In this document: positions 30,466-39,593 of the stretch, piece after piece | Position numbering within the stretch: the first letter of the stretch is position 1 | Layout of the letters: every line of letters begins with the position of its first letter | Assembly: GCA_963724765.1 (NCBI GenBank) | Contig: CAVRVY010000001.1 | Span: forward strand, 1,216,001 to 1,280,000 | Length of the DNA: 64,000 bases | Direction of reading: 5' to 3' | From: an uncultured delta proteobacterium | GTDB taxonomy: Bacteria; Desulfobacterota; Binatia; Binatales; Binataceae | Translations under genes and position numbers: made by a program | Notes under the pieces: model-generated | Database searches by the model: none | Told to the model about the DNA's origin: nothing | What the model saw: only the letters and a program-made list of their open reading frames with translations

Positions 30466-31711
30466 ACGGGCGCGCTCGGGGCGCCGCGCCGCGATCTTAT
30501 CGGCCTTGGCGCCGGCGTTGGCGGCCGGACTTATCGCGCTCGGCGCGATAAGCCCGGCGCTCGCCCAGGACGAGGCGCCCATCGGTCCTTCCGCCACGAT
30601 CGGCGCCCTCGGCGCCGCCCGGGATGCGTCTGAGGCGTCCGCGGCGGCGCCGTCCGCCGCCGCGCCAACCGAAAAGGAAGTTACGCTGCTGCCCGCGGCG
30701 CCGGCCGCGACGGCCACGCCGTCGGGCGCGACGCCGAGCGGCGGCGCAGCCGCGAGCGCCGCCGCGGACGCTCCCGCAGCACTCGCGGCCGCGCCTGGCG
30801 CGGCCGCGCCGGTCGGCGGGGTCGCCGCCTCAGGTGCGGTCGGCGAGCCGCCCGCATCGGCGGCGGCTGCCGCCACCGCGACTCCGGCCGCCGCAGCACC
30901 GGTTGGCGGCCCGAAAACTTTCCTCATAGATGACGCCGCTCCGGCTTCGGAAACTGCCGGATCGTCTTCGGTTGCGCCGGACCCGTCCGCTTCGGGCACG
31001 CCTGGGGAATCCTCTGCCGCAGTGCCGGCCGTCGCGCCGGCTGCAGCCGTGAATGCCCCGGCGGCTGACGGGCAGGGGAACGGAAACCCCGATGACGCTC
31101 CGGTGGGAACCGTGGTCATTCCTTCGACTCTGCCCTCGACCCTGCCTTCGACCGCGCAGCAGCAGACGGTTCAGCCCGAGCCTGGTGCTGCAACCCAGGG
31201 CTCGCAGGTCGTCAATTACGAAGAGAATCAGCAGATGCCGCTCAATGAGCCGCCGTTGCACAGCCTTCAGGAGTTCATGAACGAGGGCTCTAATACCTCG
31301 CCCCTCGGGGTTGAACTGCAGGAGGGCGCGCGGCGGACGAAGAGCGGCCGCGAAGTCGAGGGCCTGCTGGTCGTCGCGTTGCAGCCCGGCAGTCCGGCCG
31401 AGCGCGCGGGAGTGCATGCAGGCCATCGCGAGGCTCACGACGTGCTCGAGGGCGCGGCGGTGGCGGCTTCGCTGGTGTTTCCGCCCGCGGTGCTCGCCGT
31501 GCCGGTAATCGAAACCATCCAGCTTGGCGAGAACTACGATTTGATCATCGGAGTCGACGGCAACCGGGTCACCAACTTCATTGATTTTCAGGACCAGTTG
31601 CGCGACGCACAGCCGGGCGAAACCGTTTACCTCAACATCTTGCGCAGCGGCAAACGTGTCCAGGTGCCGGTGGAGATGCCGGAGCCGAGCGCGACGAAAC
31701 TCGAACCATAG
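30440..31711 (+). CDS. Exported PDZ-domain protein with long Ala/Pro-rich linker
   Basis: Signal peptide; GLLVV..PGSPAERAGV and DLIIGVDG PDZ motifs; no protease domain. Confidence 0.75.
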   Translation: MRAAGVSTRRARSGRRAAILSALAPALAAGLIALGAISPALAQDEAPIGPSATIGALGAARDASEASAAAPSAAAPTEKEVTLLPAAPAATATPSGATPSGGAAASAAADAPAALAAAPGAAAPVGGVAASGAVGEPPASAAAAATATPAAAAPVGGPKTFLIDDAAPASETAGSSSVAPDPSASGTPGESSAAVPAVAPAAAVNAPAADGQGNGNPDDAPVGTVVIPSTLPSTLPSTAQQQTVQPEPGAATQGSQVVNYEENQQMPLNEPPLHSLQEFMNEGSNTSPLGVELQEGARRTKSGREVEGLLVVALQPGSPAERAGVHAGHREAHDVLEGAAVAASLVFPPAVLAVPVIETIQLGENYDLIIGVDGNRVTNFIDFQDQLRDAQPGETVYLNILRSGKRVQVPVEMPEPSATKLEP

Positions 31712-31809
31712 GATTCGGGCGACAGTTCTTTACTTTACCCAGGCACCGATAGATTCTTTATCCAGGGCTCGATTGGTCTTTACTCGGGAACGACATCGTA
31801 ATAATAGAT

Positions 31810-32012
31810 TGCACTCCGTCGAGGCTTAGGCCCGGCGAGACACAAGGACGAGGAAGCGAAGACTCCGGCAACGGAGCAATGCGGACATAGGCTTGGGCTA
31901 GCGCCTGGATCCTGTCGGAACGCTGAAGCAGGACCGGGACCCCGAACGGCTTGAGCGCTCCTGGAGAGCACGTTTGATGCGGGGTGCCGGTATGCGGTGG
32001 CCCCGCATTTTT
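31810..32012 (+). ncRNA. Candidate structured leader RNA upstream of panC, ending in an intrinsic terminator
   Basis: CTCCG-GCAA-CGGAG GNRA hairpin (31863-31876); bulged hairpin 31904-31938; ATGCGGGG...CCCCGCAT followed by a T-run. Confidence 0.5.
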
Positions 32013-32059
32013 GTCCGCGGCGAAATTGGCCGGTATCTCGACCAAAGAGGAAGCCGAAC

Positions 32060-32914
32060 GTGAAAATCATTACGACGCCTGCGCAAATGCACTGCCGCTC
32101 CGACGCGATACGCCGCGCGGGCAAGCGAATCGCCTTCATACCCACGATGGGCTTCCTGCATGAGGGGCATCTCAGCCTGATGCGCGAGGGCAGACGGCGG
32201 GCCGAGGTCGTGGTGGCTTCGATTTTCGTCAATCCCACCCAGTTCGCGCCCAACGAGGACTTCGGCCGTTATCCGCGCGCCTTCGAGCGCGACTGCGAGA
32301 TGATGAAGGACGTGCCGGTCGACCTGGTCTTTGCCCCGGAGCCGGATGCGATGTATCCGCCGGGCACGCAGACCTGGGTCGAGGCGTTCGAGATCACCAA
32401 GGGGCTGTGCGGAGCGCATCGTCCGGGCCATTTCCGCGGCGTTACCACAGTGGTCGCCAAGCTGTTCAATATCGTCAAGCCGCACTACGCGATGTTCGGG
32501 GAGAAGGACTTTCAGCAGTTGCGCGCGATCCAGCGGATGGTCAAGGACCTGAACTTCGACCTTGAGATCGTGCCGATGCCGACGGTGCGCGAGTCCGACG
32601 GGCTTGCGATGAGCTCGCGCAACGCCTATCTCTCCGCCGAAGAACGCCAGCGCGCGCTCAGCCTGAGCGCGGCGCTGGAAGCCGCGCGCAGCGAGTTTGC
32701 CGCCGGCGCTCGCGACCCGCGCGCGCTGGTGCGCGCCGCATGCGCGATACTCAGCGCGACGCCCGAACTCAGGATCGAGTACATCGAGGCGGTCGATTCG
32801 GAATCGCTCGCCTCGATCGCGCGGATCGAACGGCCGGTGGTGGTCGCGATCGCAGCGCGCGTCGGCAAGACGCGGCTCATCGACAACGCGATCTTCTCAC
32901 CGCCGCCCGAGTGA
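32060..32914 (+). CDS. panC: Pantoate--beta-alanine ligase
   Basis: PTMGFLHEGH, SIFVNPTQF, RPGHF, FGEKDFQQ, GLAMSSRN, RLIDN motifs; GTG start after AGAGG. Confidence 0.97.
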   Translation: MKIITTPAQMHCRSDAIRRAGKRIAFIPTMGFLHEGHLSLMREGRRRAEVVVASIFVNPTQFAPNEDFGRYPRAFERDCEMMKDVPVDLVFAPEPDAMYPPGTQTWVEAFEITKGLCGAHRPGHFRGVTTVVAKLFNIVKPHYAMFGEKDFQQLRAIQRMVKDLNFDLEIVPMPTVRESDGLAMSSRNAYLSAEERQRALSLSAALEAARSEFAAGARDPRALVRAACAILSATPELRIEYIEAVDSESLASIARIERPVVVAIAARVGKTRLIDNAIFSPPPE

Positions 32915-32936
32915 GTTTCAGAGAGGTAACTATCCC

Positions 32937-32965
32937 TTGACTGTATAAGTTCCATTTGCTAGAAT
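32937..32965 (+). promoter_or_regulatory. Sigma70-type promoter for the transposase, overlapping the left TIR
   Basis: TTGACT-17 bp-TAGAAT with extended TG; ATG lies 7 nt downstream, suggesting a leaderless mRNA. Confidence 0.7.
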
Positions 32966-32972
32966 TCCTCTC

Positions 32973-33914
32973 ATGCAGATGAGAGACCGCAAATCCCCTT
33001 CGCGGCGTGCATCTTCTGAATCACGCTACTCGCTCATGGAGTTCATGGCCGAGTTTCCTGATGACGAAGCTTGCCTGCAACGGCTCTGGCGCGACCGCTA
33101 TTCGTCGGACGGCACGAACGCCGAGTGCTCGAAGTGCGACGCCGTGCGTCCGTTTCATCGGTATGGAATGAAGCAGCAAAGGCAGTCGTGGACGTGTACC
33201 GCGTGCGGTCATCACCTGCATCCGACGGCGGGAACGATCTATCACAAGTCGTCCACGTCGCTGCATCTCTGGTTCTATGCGATGTACCTGATGACGAGCA
33301 CCCGCTGCGGTATCTCCGCGAAGCAGCTTGAGCGGGAACTTGGCGTTACCTACAAAACCGCTTGGCGTATCTTCAATAAAATTCGGTCGCTGCTTGATGA
33401 AGAAATCCGCGACTTGGCGGGAACTGTCGAAACTGATGAAACCTTTATCGGCGGCAAAGAAAAGAATAAGCACATCGATAAGCGCCTCGATTCCGGTCGC
33501 GGTACTCTCGGCAAACAGCCCGTGTGGGGAGCGATGGAGCGCGGCGGACGTGTCATTGCGGTAGTCGTACCCGATACCAAAAAGACGACATTGCTCCCGC
33601 ACGTAATCGAGCGCGTGATGCCTCGTTCGACTGTCTATTCGGACGAAGCCTACGTCTACGATCCGCTTAAGGGGATGGGCTTTCAGCATAAGCGCGTCCA
33701 TCACGCGGCCAAGATTTACGTCGAAGGCAACGTACATGTGAACTCGCTTGAAGGATTCTGGTCGCTACTCAAACGCGGAATCGGCGGAGTGTACCATTCT
33801 GTTTCTGCTAAACACTTGCAGTCCTACGTGAGCGAGTATGCTTGGCGTTATAACCATCGCAATGACCGTCGTGCGCAATTCGATACGCTACTTGTTCGGG
33901 CCGCGAGGTCGTGA
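32973..33914 (+). CDS. IS1595-family DDE transposase
   Basis: Zn ribbon CSKC/CTAC, HTH (ISAKQLERELGVTYKTAW), VETDET, YSDE, HVNSLEGFW, YVSEYAWRYN motifs. Confidence 0.95.
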   Translation: MQMRDRKSPSRRASSESRYSLMEFMAEFPDDEACLQRLWRDRYSSDGTNAECSKCDAVRPFHRYGMKQQRQSWTCTACGHHLHPTAGTIYHKSSTSLHLWFYAMYLMTSTRCGISAKQLERELGVTYKTAWRIFNKIRSLLDEEIRDLAGTVETDETFIGGKEKNKHIDKRLDSGRGTLGKQPVWGAMERGGRVIAVVVPDTKKTTLLPHVIERVMPRSTVYSDEAYVYDPLKGMGFQHKRVHHAAKIYVEGNVHVNSLEGFWSLLKRGIGGVYHSVSAKHLQSYVSEYAWRYNHRNDRRAQFDTLLVRAARS

Positions 33915-34028
33915 CGGATGCGGCTGTGGCTTTGCCGCTTTTTTAAGGTTGCGCAAAAAGTCGCTACGCTTAGGAACGGGAATCTCATAGCCCTTTGGCG
34001 TTTTTTGAGTCGGCGGCTTGTCGCTCAT
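33888..34028 (-). CDS. Small basic protein (46 aa) convergent with the transposase; absent from the ORF track
   Basis: MSDKPPTQKTPKGYEIPVPKRSDFLRNLKKAAKPQPHPSRPRGPNK; AGAGGG SD upstream. Confidence 0.55.
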   Translation of the reverse strand: MSDKPPTQKTPKGYEIPVPKRSDFLRNLKKAAKPQPHPSRPRGPNK

Positions 34029-34725
34029 GGGAAATAGCCCTCTGGACATATTCGATGACATCAAAGCCTTGCTCTATCGGGCAGACGAACACCTGACGTG
34101 GATAAAAGAGATCAGTGGCGGTCGTCATGAAATCAATAACATTACCAATGATTCTGACCTTCAAACCGGACGCGTGATTCTTAAGAAATCCTTCGACCTT
34201 ATCGCGATCCAGGTCAGAATCCGCGTCGGTGAGTGTGCGAACAGCCTCCGCAGCGCCATGAATTATTTCACCTGCGCTCTGGCCGAGCAAAGCTCTAACA
34301 GAGTTGGCAAATACGTCCAGTTTCCGATTGAAGATTACCCAGATGTCTTCAAGAGTCGGCGGCATACCCATCTCGAAGGAATTTCGGAGGAATATATCGC
34401 ACTCTTCGAGAAGTTTCAGCCGTACAAGGGATGCGACTGGATGGCTTCGCTCCGCGACTTGTCCAATTTCCACAAGCACCGACGCTTGATTCACGTAAAG
34501 AAGGATGTTCGTCAACTCACTTGGTTCAAGCCGGTAATTCAAACAATAGGCGGTACGCCCAGTAATGCCATGAAGATGGAGCACAATCTGCTCTTTAAGG
34601 TAACGCTCGAAGATGGGCGCCCCATCGTACAGTCGCTTGAGATAATTCATCTGCGCGTTACCGAGATGCTTGATGAACTCCAAGCGCTTCTCAAGAAACC
34701 TGATTGAGCTATTGTTCACGGCCAC
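33985..34725 (-). CDS. Antisense ORF (246 aa) overlapping the HEPN-like gene; coding status uncertain
   Basis: Open over 741 bp; GTG at 34719 overlaps the TGA of the upstream minus-strand ORF; codon-aligned with the plus gene, so it could be a shadow ORF. Confidence 0.3.
   Translation of the reverse strand: MAVNNSSIRFLEKRLEFIKHLGNAQMNYLKRLYDGAPIFERYLKEQIVLHLHGITGRTAYCLNYRLEPSELTNILLYVNQASVLVEIGQVAERSHPVASLVRLKLLEECDIFLRNSFEMGMPPTLEDIWVIFNRKLDVFANSVRALLGQSAGEIIHGAAEAVRTLTDADSDLDRDKVEGFLKNHASGLKVRIIGNVIDFMTTATDLFYPRQVFVCPIEQGFDVIEYVQRAISHERQAADSKNAKGL
34027..34707 (+). CDS. Passenger hypothetical protein, HEPN-like
   Basis: RADEHL...GECANSLRSAMNY...FP...QPY...LRDLSNFHKHR with an Rx5H/NxxKH motif. 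Confidence 0.7.
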   Translation: MGNSPLDIFDDIKALLYRADEHLTWIKEISGGRHEINNITNDSDLQTGRVILKKSFDLIAIQVRIRVGECANSLRSAMNYFTCALAEQSSNRVGKYVQFPIEDYPDVFKSRRHTHLEGISEEYIALFEKFQPYKGCDWMASLRDLSNFHKHRRLIHVKKDVRQLTWFKPVIQTIGGTPSNAMKMEHNLLFKVTLEDGRPIVQSLEIIHLRVTEMLDELQALLKKPD

Positions 34726-34828
34726 GTTGGATCGAGTTGTTTAAGAACGGATATTTGCTTAATCAAAATTCCCCTATGAAACCCAACTGGCCTGGTCAGT
34801 GGTGCACCAGCTGCTTCTTCAAACTTTT

Positions 34829-35188
34829 TCAGTTGTCGCGCTTGGGACTCCATATTTTAGCAATTTGCTCGCGTGTTTGTTGTTGCCAGACATGCAGGTG
34901 TTGTAATTCTAAATTCGGATCGGATAGCAGTGCCAAGCCATTGACGATTTGATCTTCGATCTCTTGCGGGAGAAAGGGCCAATGCCAACGAAAAAAGTCC
35001 CACCCGATAGCAAGCGCAAAGCATGCTAGAGCAATGAGCAGAAGTAGAATGCCCATTCCGTGCGATAGAAGCATCACAGCCGCGCCTATCGCCGTCACGG
35101 CAGTCCCGATCCACCAGCGACTTTTTGTGAGGCCGAGCGCGATCCAGCGGCTATTGCCCTGAGAGTCGTGTTGCCATGTGTTGCACAT
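34829..35188 (-). CDS. Passenger membrane protein (2 TM), possibly frameshifted into 34716-34853
   Basis: Two hydrophobic helices; TAGGCT -10-like hexamer 7 nt upstream of the ATG. Confidence 0.55.
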   Translation of the reverse strand: MCNTWQHDSQGNSRWIALGLTKSRWWIGTAVTAIGAAVMLLSHGMGILLLLIALACFALAIGWDFFRWHWPFLPQEIEDQIVNGLALLSDPNLELQHLHVWQQQTREQIAKIWSPKRDN

Positions 35189-35310
35189 GGCTCGTAGCCT
35201 AGCGCAAACGACGGGCGCACTTCTACAGTGACGGGATAGTTACCTTCAGAGAACTCCGAGCTGTTGCAATTCCCTCCTCAGTTGTTGGGGGAGGAGGTCA
35301 GAAGCGCTGT

Positions 35311-35362
35311 AAAAAAGGCACGGGGCGGAAGCGGGCCATCGGCCCGGTCCCGCCCCGGTGTG
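35311..35362 (-). terminator. Probable intrinsic terminator of the radical SAM operon
   Basis: CGGGGCGG/CCGCCCCG stem followed by T6 on the minus strand. Confidence 0.6.
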
Positions 35363-35386
35363 TAAGTGACTATAGCGGCGCGCGGT

Positions 35387-36712
35387 CTAGTAGTAATCGA
35401 CCGGGTCGATCTGACGCTTGGCGCCGTACCAGAACAGCATATTCTCGGTCAGCCCCTGCCAGGTGAACTTGCCCGGCGGCATCAGCAGCCGCTTGAACAT
35501 CGACTTGAACGAGTAGAACTCCTTGGTACAGCGCCACACGCCTTCTTCGACCTGCTGCGGCGAGAGCTTGTTGGGCACGAACATGCAGCGGAAGTTGTTG
35601 GTATACATGTCGGCGTCGGGGATGATGACGCGGCCTTCCTGCTCGAGTTTGGTGCGCATCGGCGTGCCCTTGCGCGGCGTGACCGTGTTGAAGAACGCCT
35701 CGGGGGCCTTGACCTCGTGAAGGAAGGCGAGGGTATCGTCGAAGATCTGCGGATGGTCTTCCTCCAGGCCGAAGAGAAAATTGAGCGAGTAGTAAATTCC
35801 GTAGTGCTCCAGCCGCTTCAGTAATTTCTTGTAGTCCTTGGTGTGATTCTGGATCTTGCTCATCGATAGCAGGCTGTCCTGGCTAATCGATTCCACTCCG
35901 ATATTGACGTGGAACACGCCGGCCTGGGCCGCCAAATCGAGCAGGTCCTCGTCATGGTTGGAATTGATGGTCCATAGACAGGAGAAACGGATGTTGAGCG
36001 GAATCAGCGCGCGGAACAGTTCGCGCGCGAACTTGTGTTTGCCGGTTATCTGGTCGTCGATGAACTGGAAGCGGCGAAAACCGGTGACCGCGATGACCTG
36101 TTTGATTTCCTCGACGATGTCCTCGATTGGGCGCGTGCGATAGCTGCCATCATAAAAGACCGGGATTTCGCAGAACGAGCAGCGGTACGGACATCCGCGG
36201 CTCGCCTGCACGGGCACCGCTTTGAACAGATAGCGGTTGAGCTTGAGCAGCTCGTGACGCGGCCGCGGCAGATTCTTGAGGTCGTGCAGTTTGTCGGCCT
36301 TGTAGGTGCGCTTGAGTTTGCCGTCCTGCCAGTCGCGCAAAAGCGGCTCCCATACCAGGTCGGCCTCGCCCTGGACCACCGCGTCGGCGTGCTTGAGCGC
36401 CTCCTCGGTCTGCAGCGTGGCATGAAACCCGCCCATCACGACCGGGATGCCGCGTTTGCGAAACTCGTCGCCGAGCTGGTAGGCGCGCAGCGAGGCGCCG
36501 ATGGTGGTGGTCATGCCGACTAGGTCCCAGCCGCCGTCGAAGTCGAGTTCTTCCAGCCGCTCATCGCACAGCGTCACGTCGAAGTCGTCCGGCGTCAGTC
36601 CCGCCAACAGCGGGATCATCAAACCCATGATCAGGCGCCAGCGCGTTTTATGCGGCGTACCGTCCAGATGGATCGTCGTTGGCTGTATCAGCAGGATCCG
36701 CGGTTTTTTCAC
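35387..36712 (-). CDS. B12-binding radical SAM protein
   Basis: N-terminal cobalamin domain (GGFHAT, GEAD), [19 protein letters not shown] motifs. Confidence 0.9.
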   Translation of the reverse strand: MKKPRILLIQPTTIHLDGTPHKTRWRLIMGLMIPLLAGLTPDDFDVTLCDERLEELDFDGGWDLVGMTTTIGASLRAYQLGDEFRKRGIPVVMGGFHATLQTEEALKHADAVVQGEADLVWEPLLRDWQDGKLKRTYKADKLHDLKNLPRPRHELLKLNRYLFKAVPVQASRGCPYRCSFCEIPVFYDGSYRTRPIEDIVEEIKQVIAVTGFRRFQFIDDQITGKHKFARELFRALIPLNIRFSCLWTINSNHDEDLLDLAAQAGVFHVNIGVESISQDSLLSMSKIQNHTKDYKKLLKRLEHYGIYYSLNFLFGLEEDHPQIFDDTLAFLHEVKAPEAFFNTVTPRKGTPMRTKLEQEGRVIIPDADMYTNNFRCMFVPNKLSPQQVEEGVWRCTKEFYSFKSMFKRLLMPPGKFTWQGLTENMLFWYGAKRQIDPVDYY

Positions 36713-37899
36713 ACTGCCTCCTGGCGGTGCCGCGCTTGGGCGCCCCGCCGTTCAAGCTCGCTCTGCCCGTTGCGACGCGTGGTTATCCACCACATCACGA
36801 AGGCAAAGATGTAAGTGCCAAATGCCGTACCCCAGGCGAAATAGTTAATCCTGTCGAGCAGCGCCAGTACGACCAGCAGATAGGCGAAGTCGCGGCCGCT
36901 CACCCGTTCAACTTGCGCGATGAACTGCTCGGCCCGTTCGCCGTTGACGCGGGTCGCGCGCCAGGTCGTGAGCGCGCACAGTCCGAAGCCGACCAGCACG
37001 ATGGCGAGCAGGTAGATGTAAGTCCGGCTGCCGCTCGCCCGATAGCATCCGGCCATGATACCGGCGAAGAGCGCGACATGCACCAGGTTGTCAGTCGTAA
37101 CGTCAAGCCGTGCGCCCCATCGCGACTCGGTCATCTTGAGCCGCGCCAGCTCTCCATCAACGCCATCGAAAGTCACCGAGACCAGGAACATCAGCGCCGC
37201 AATCAGGCGCGGCCAGTAGCTCGGCAGGCTGAACAGCCACGCGCTCAGCAATCCCAGCGCCGTGTTGGCGAGCGTCACCTGGTTAGCCGTAATCGCGGTG
37301 CGCGCAAGGCGAAGGCTGATGCGCCAGGACAGCCGCCGGTCGACCCATCGCGCCATCAGCGCGTCCTTGTCGGCGCTCTCGCGGCGCAACTCGCGCGCGA
37401 GGCGAAGTTCTGCCTCCTCGACATCCGTCGGCCGCCCGTCGAGCGCGAAGGGCAACTGCCCGCTCGGCCTGAGTCGGGCAGCCACCGCACCCGAGCCATC
37501 GATTAACTGGCCCAAAGGCCCAGCCGTGAGACTCCCGCCGCGCGCGACATCGGTGCTTTCGACACTGACGACTTCGCCGGGCCGCGCTGCCTGGCCGGCG
37601 AGCAGCCCGCGTAACTGCGAGGCCGCCAGGACCATGTTGCCTCTCAGAGCTATGCAGGGCGCGTCGGCTGGCAGTTGCTCCAGGACCTGTGCAAATGAGC
37701 CGACAAAATTAACCTCGGGATGGTCGCGAAAGGAGCCCAAAGCAACGCGCAGGCCGCCATCGTCGAGGTCGCCGACTTCGATAAAGAACCGCTTCACTCC
37801 CGCGCGTTGACACATAAGCATCAGGCGCTCCAGCAGCGATCGCCCGAAGATCATGTTGCCCGCGCGGGCAGGAACGTTGATTAGCGCTGTATCAATCAA
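36709..37899 (-). CDS. CDP-alcohol phosphatidyltransferase with degenerate N-terminal nucleotidyltransferase-like domain
   Basis: TANQVT and [26 protein letters not shown] signature; start uncertain. Confidence 0.85.
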   Translation of the reverse strand: MIDTALINVPARAGNMIFGRSLLERLMLMCQRAGVKRFFIEVGDLDDGGLRVALGSFRDHPEVNFVGSFAQVLEQLPADAPCIALRGNMVLAASQLRGLLAGQAARPGEVVSVESTDVARGGSLTAGPLGQLIDGSGAVAARLRPSGQLPFALDGRPTDVEEAELRLARELRRESADKDALMARWVDRRLSWRISLRLARTAITANQVTLANTALGLLSAWLFSLPSYWPRLIAALMFLVSVTFDGVDGELARLKMTESRWGARLDVTTDNLVHVALFAGIMAGCYRASGSRTYIYLLAIVLVGFGLCALTTWRATRVNGERAEQFIAQVERVSGRDFAYLLVVLALLDRINYFAWGTAFGTYIFAFVMWWITTRRNGQSELERRGAQARHRQEAV

Positions 37900-38098
37900 A
37901 GAAAGCCTTGTTGAACAACGGCTTTTAGACTAATTGGAGGTCAGAGTCAATGCACTGACCGTGCGGTCTGTCCACCCGGTCTGCCCCTCATCCGTCAGTC
38001 GCCTGTTCAAAACTTTAACTTTTCCGTAACTCCGCTCATTCCAGTTCTTAACGGTCTCATTTGTAGAGGCTCAATGCGAGGGCTGCTAAGCTGGGGCC

Positions 38099-38848
38099 GT
38101 GGCCAGTCCGACCCGGGCGATTTTATTTGACTTCGGTGGCACACTCGACCATCCACACCATTGGCTGGACCGTTTTGTGCGCCATTACCATGCGGCAGGC
38201 ATGCGGCTTAGCCGCGCCGAGCTGGATGTCGCGTATTCGCATGCCACGCGCACGGCTTACCAGGCCGGGGACGAGATCCATCGCCACAGCTTGCGCGCGC
38301 TGGTGAAGTTGCTCGTCGATCATCAGTTCGCCCATCTCTATCGCCACGGACCCGACAGCGTTCGCGAGCATCTCTTGGGCCTAGGCGAGGATCGTCATGA
38401 CCTCGCCGAGCGTATCGCGTCAGGCTTCGCCGAGGAGTCGGCCGACGGCCTCGCGCGTAGCCGCGGCTTGCTCAAGGAGCTATCGCGCGACTTCAAGCTC
38501 GGTGTGGTTTCCAATTTCTACGGCAACCTGCAGGTAGTCCTGTTCGAGGCCGGCATCCGCGAGCTTATCCAGGTCGCGATTGACTCCAAGCACATGCGCG
38601 TCTTCAAGCCTGACGAGCGCATCTTCCTCGCCGCGCTCAAAGTGCTCGACCTGCCGCATAACCAGGTCGCAATGGTGGGGGACTCGCTGCATAAGGATTG
38701 TGCACCTGCGCGCAAGCTCGGCATGCGCTCAATCTGGTTGCGCGGACATCACGCGGGCCCGGGCGAGCATCCGCAGGCGCGCGAGGCCGCATCGCTGGCC
38801 GACGATACGATCGATGCGCTTGATGAGTTGAAGAATCTCAAATGGTAG
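38099..38848 (+). CDS. HAD-family hydrolase
   Basis: FDFGGTLD, VSNFYGN, KPD, VGDS..KD motifs. Confidence 0.88.
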   Translation: MASPTRAILFDFGGTLDHPHHWLDRFVRHYHAAGMRLSRAELDVAYSHATRTAYQAGDEIHRHSLRALVKLLVDHQFAHLYRHGPDSVREHLLGLGEDRHDLAERIASGFAEESADGLARSRGLLKELSRDFKLGVVSNFYGNLQVVLFEAGIRELIQVAIDSKHMRVFKPDERIFLAALKVLDLPHNQVAMVGDSLHKDCAPARKLGMRSIWLRGHHAGPGEHPQAREAASLADDTIDALDELKNLKW

Positions 38849-39591
38849 ACCGCCTTAGGGGCGCGATTATTGCCGCCGGCCGGGGCGAGCGACTGCGCGG
38901 TGCGGTGGACGATCTTCCCAAGCCATTGGTCGAGCTTGGGGGCGAGACGATGCTCGTGCGGCAGGCGCGAATGTTGCGTCACGCAGGGGCCGAGACCGTT
39001 GTGGCGCTGGTCAATTACGAGACCGCCGGGCTTATCGCAGCCCGTGCCGTCCGGATACCGCCATGGATGAAACTCCAGGTTCGCGATACGCCGAGTTCGA
39101 TGGAATCACTGTTTACGCTGGGCGAGCGCCTGCGCGATACCCCGCATTTTCTGCTTGCCACGGTCGACGCGGTGGCAGATGCGGCCGAGCTACGCCGCTT
39201 CGCCGCGCGCGCGCTGGAGCTGACCGGCGGGGCGGCGCGCGTCGACGGTGCGCTCGGCGTGGTGCGATGGCGCGGCGACAAACGGCCGTTGTTCGCCGAG
39301 GTCGCGCCGGATGGCACGATCGCGGCGCTCGGCGAGCGGGAGAGCGCGATGGTCACGGCCGGCTTCTATTACTTGCCCGCGTCGATTTTCGATTTTGCGG
39401 AGCGTGCGCGCACCCAGCGGCTGGACGCGATGCGTAAGCTGCTCGCGATGGTGGTCGCGGGCGGGATGCGCCTGGCCGCGATCGAGCTCGAGACCACGAT
39501 CGACGTCGACGAGTCGGCCGACCTTGCCGCCGCGCGTGCGATGGTTGCTGGCGCGCCGATGCGCGGTGAGTCAGGCGGGAGCCGTGACTGA
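38842..39591 (+). CDS. NTP transferase (nucleotidyltransferase)
   Basis: IIAAGRGERL, PKPLV, TPSSMESL, IDVD..D motifs. Confidence 0.88.
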   Translation: MVDRLRGAIIAAGRGERLRGAVDDLPKPLVELGGETMLVRQARMLRHAGAETVVALVNYETAGLIAARAVRIPPWMKLQVRDTPSSMESLFTLGERLRDTPHFLLATVDAVADAAELRRFAARALELTGGAARVDGALGVVRWRGDKRPLFAEVAPDGTIAALGERESAMVTAGFYYLPASIFDFAERARTQRLDAMRKLLAMVVAGGMRLAAIELETTIDVDESADLAAARAMVAGAPMRGESGGSRD

Positions 39592-39593
39592 CG

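Larger units (their letters stand above)
32925..35244 (+). mobile_element. Intact IS1595-family element with passenger genes (2,320 bp)
   Basis: TIRs GGTAACTATCCCttgACTGTAtAAG (32925-32949) and 35220-35244 match at 22/25; 8-bp TSD TTCAGAGA at 32917-32924 and 35245-35252. Confidence 0.95.

Noticed and set aside
33021-33737. 238-aa ORF antisense to the transposase
   Set aside because: Codon-aligned shadow with no coupling signals; it also shows that such ORFs can arise by chance in this element
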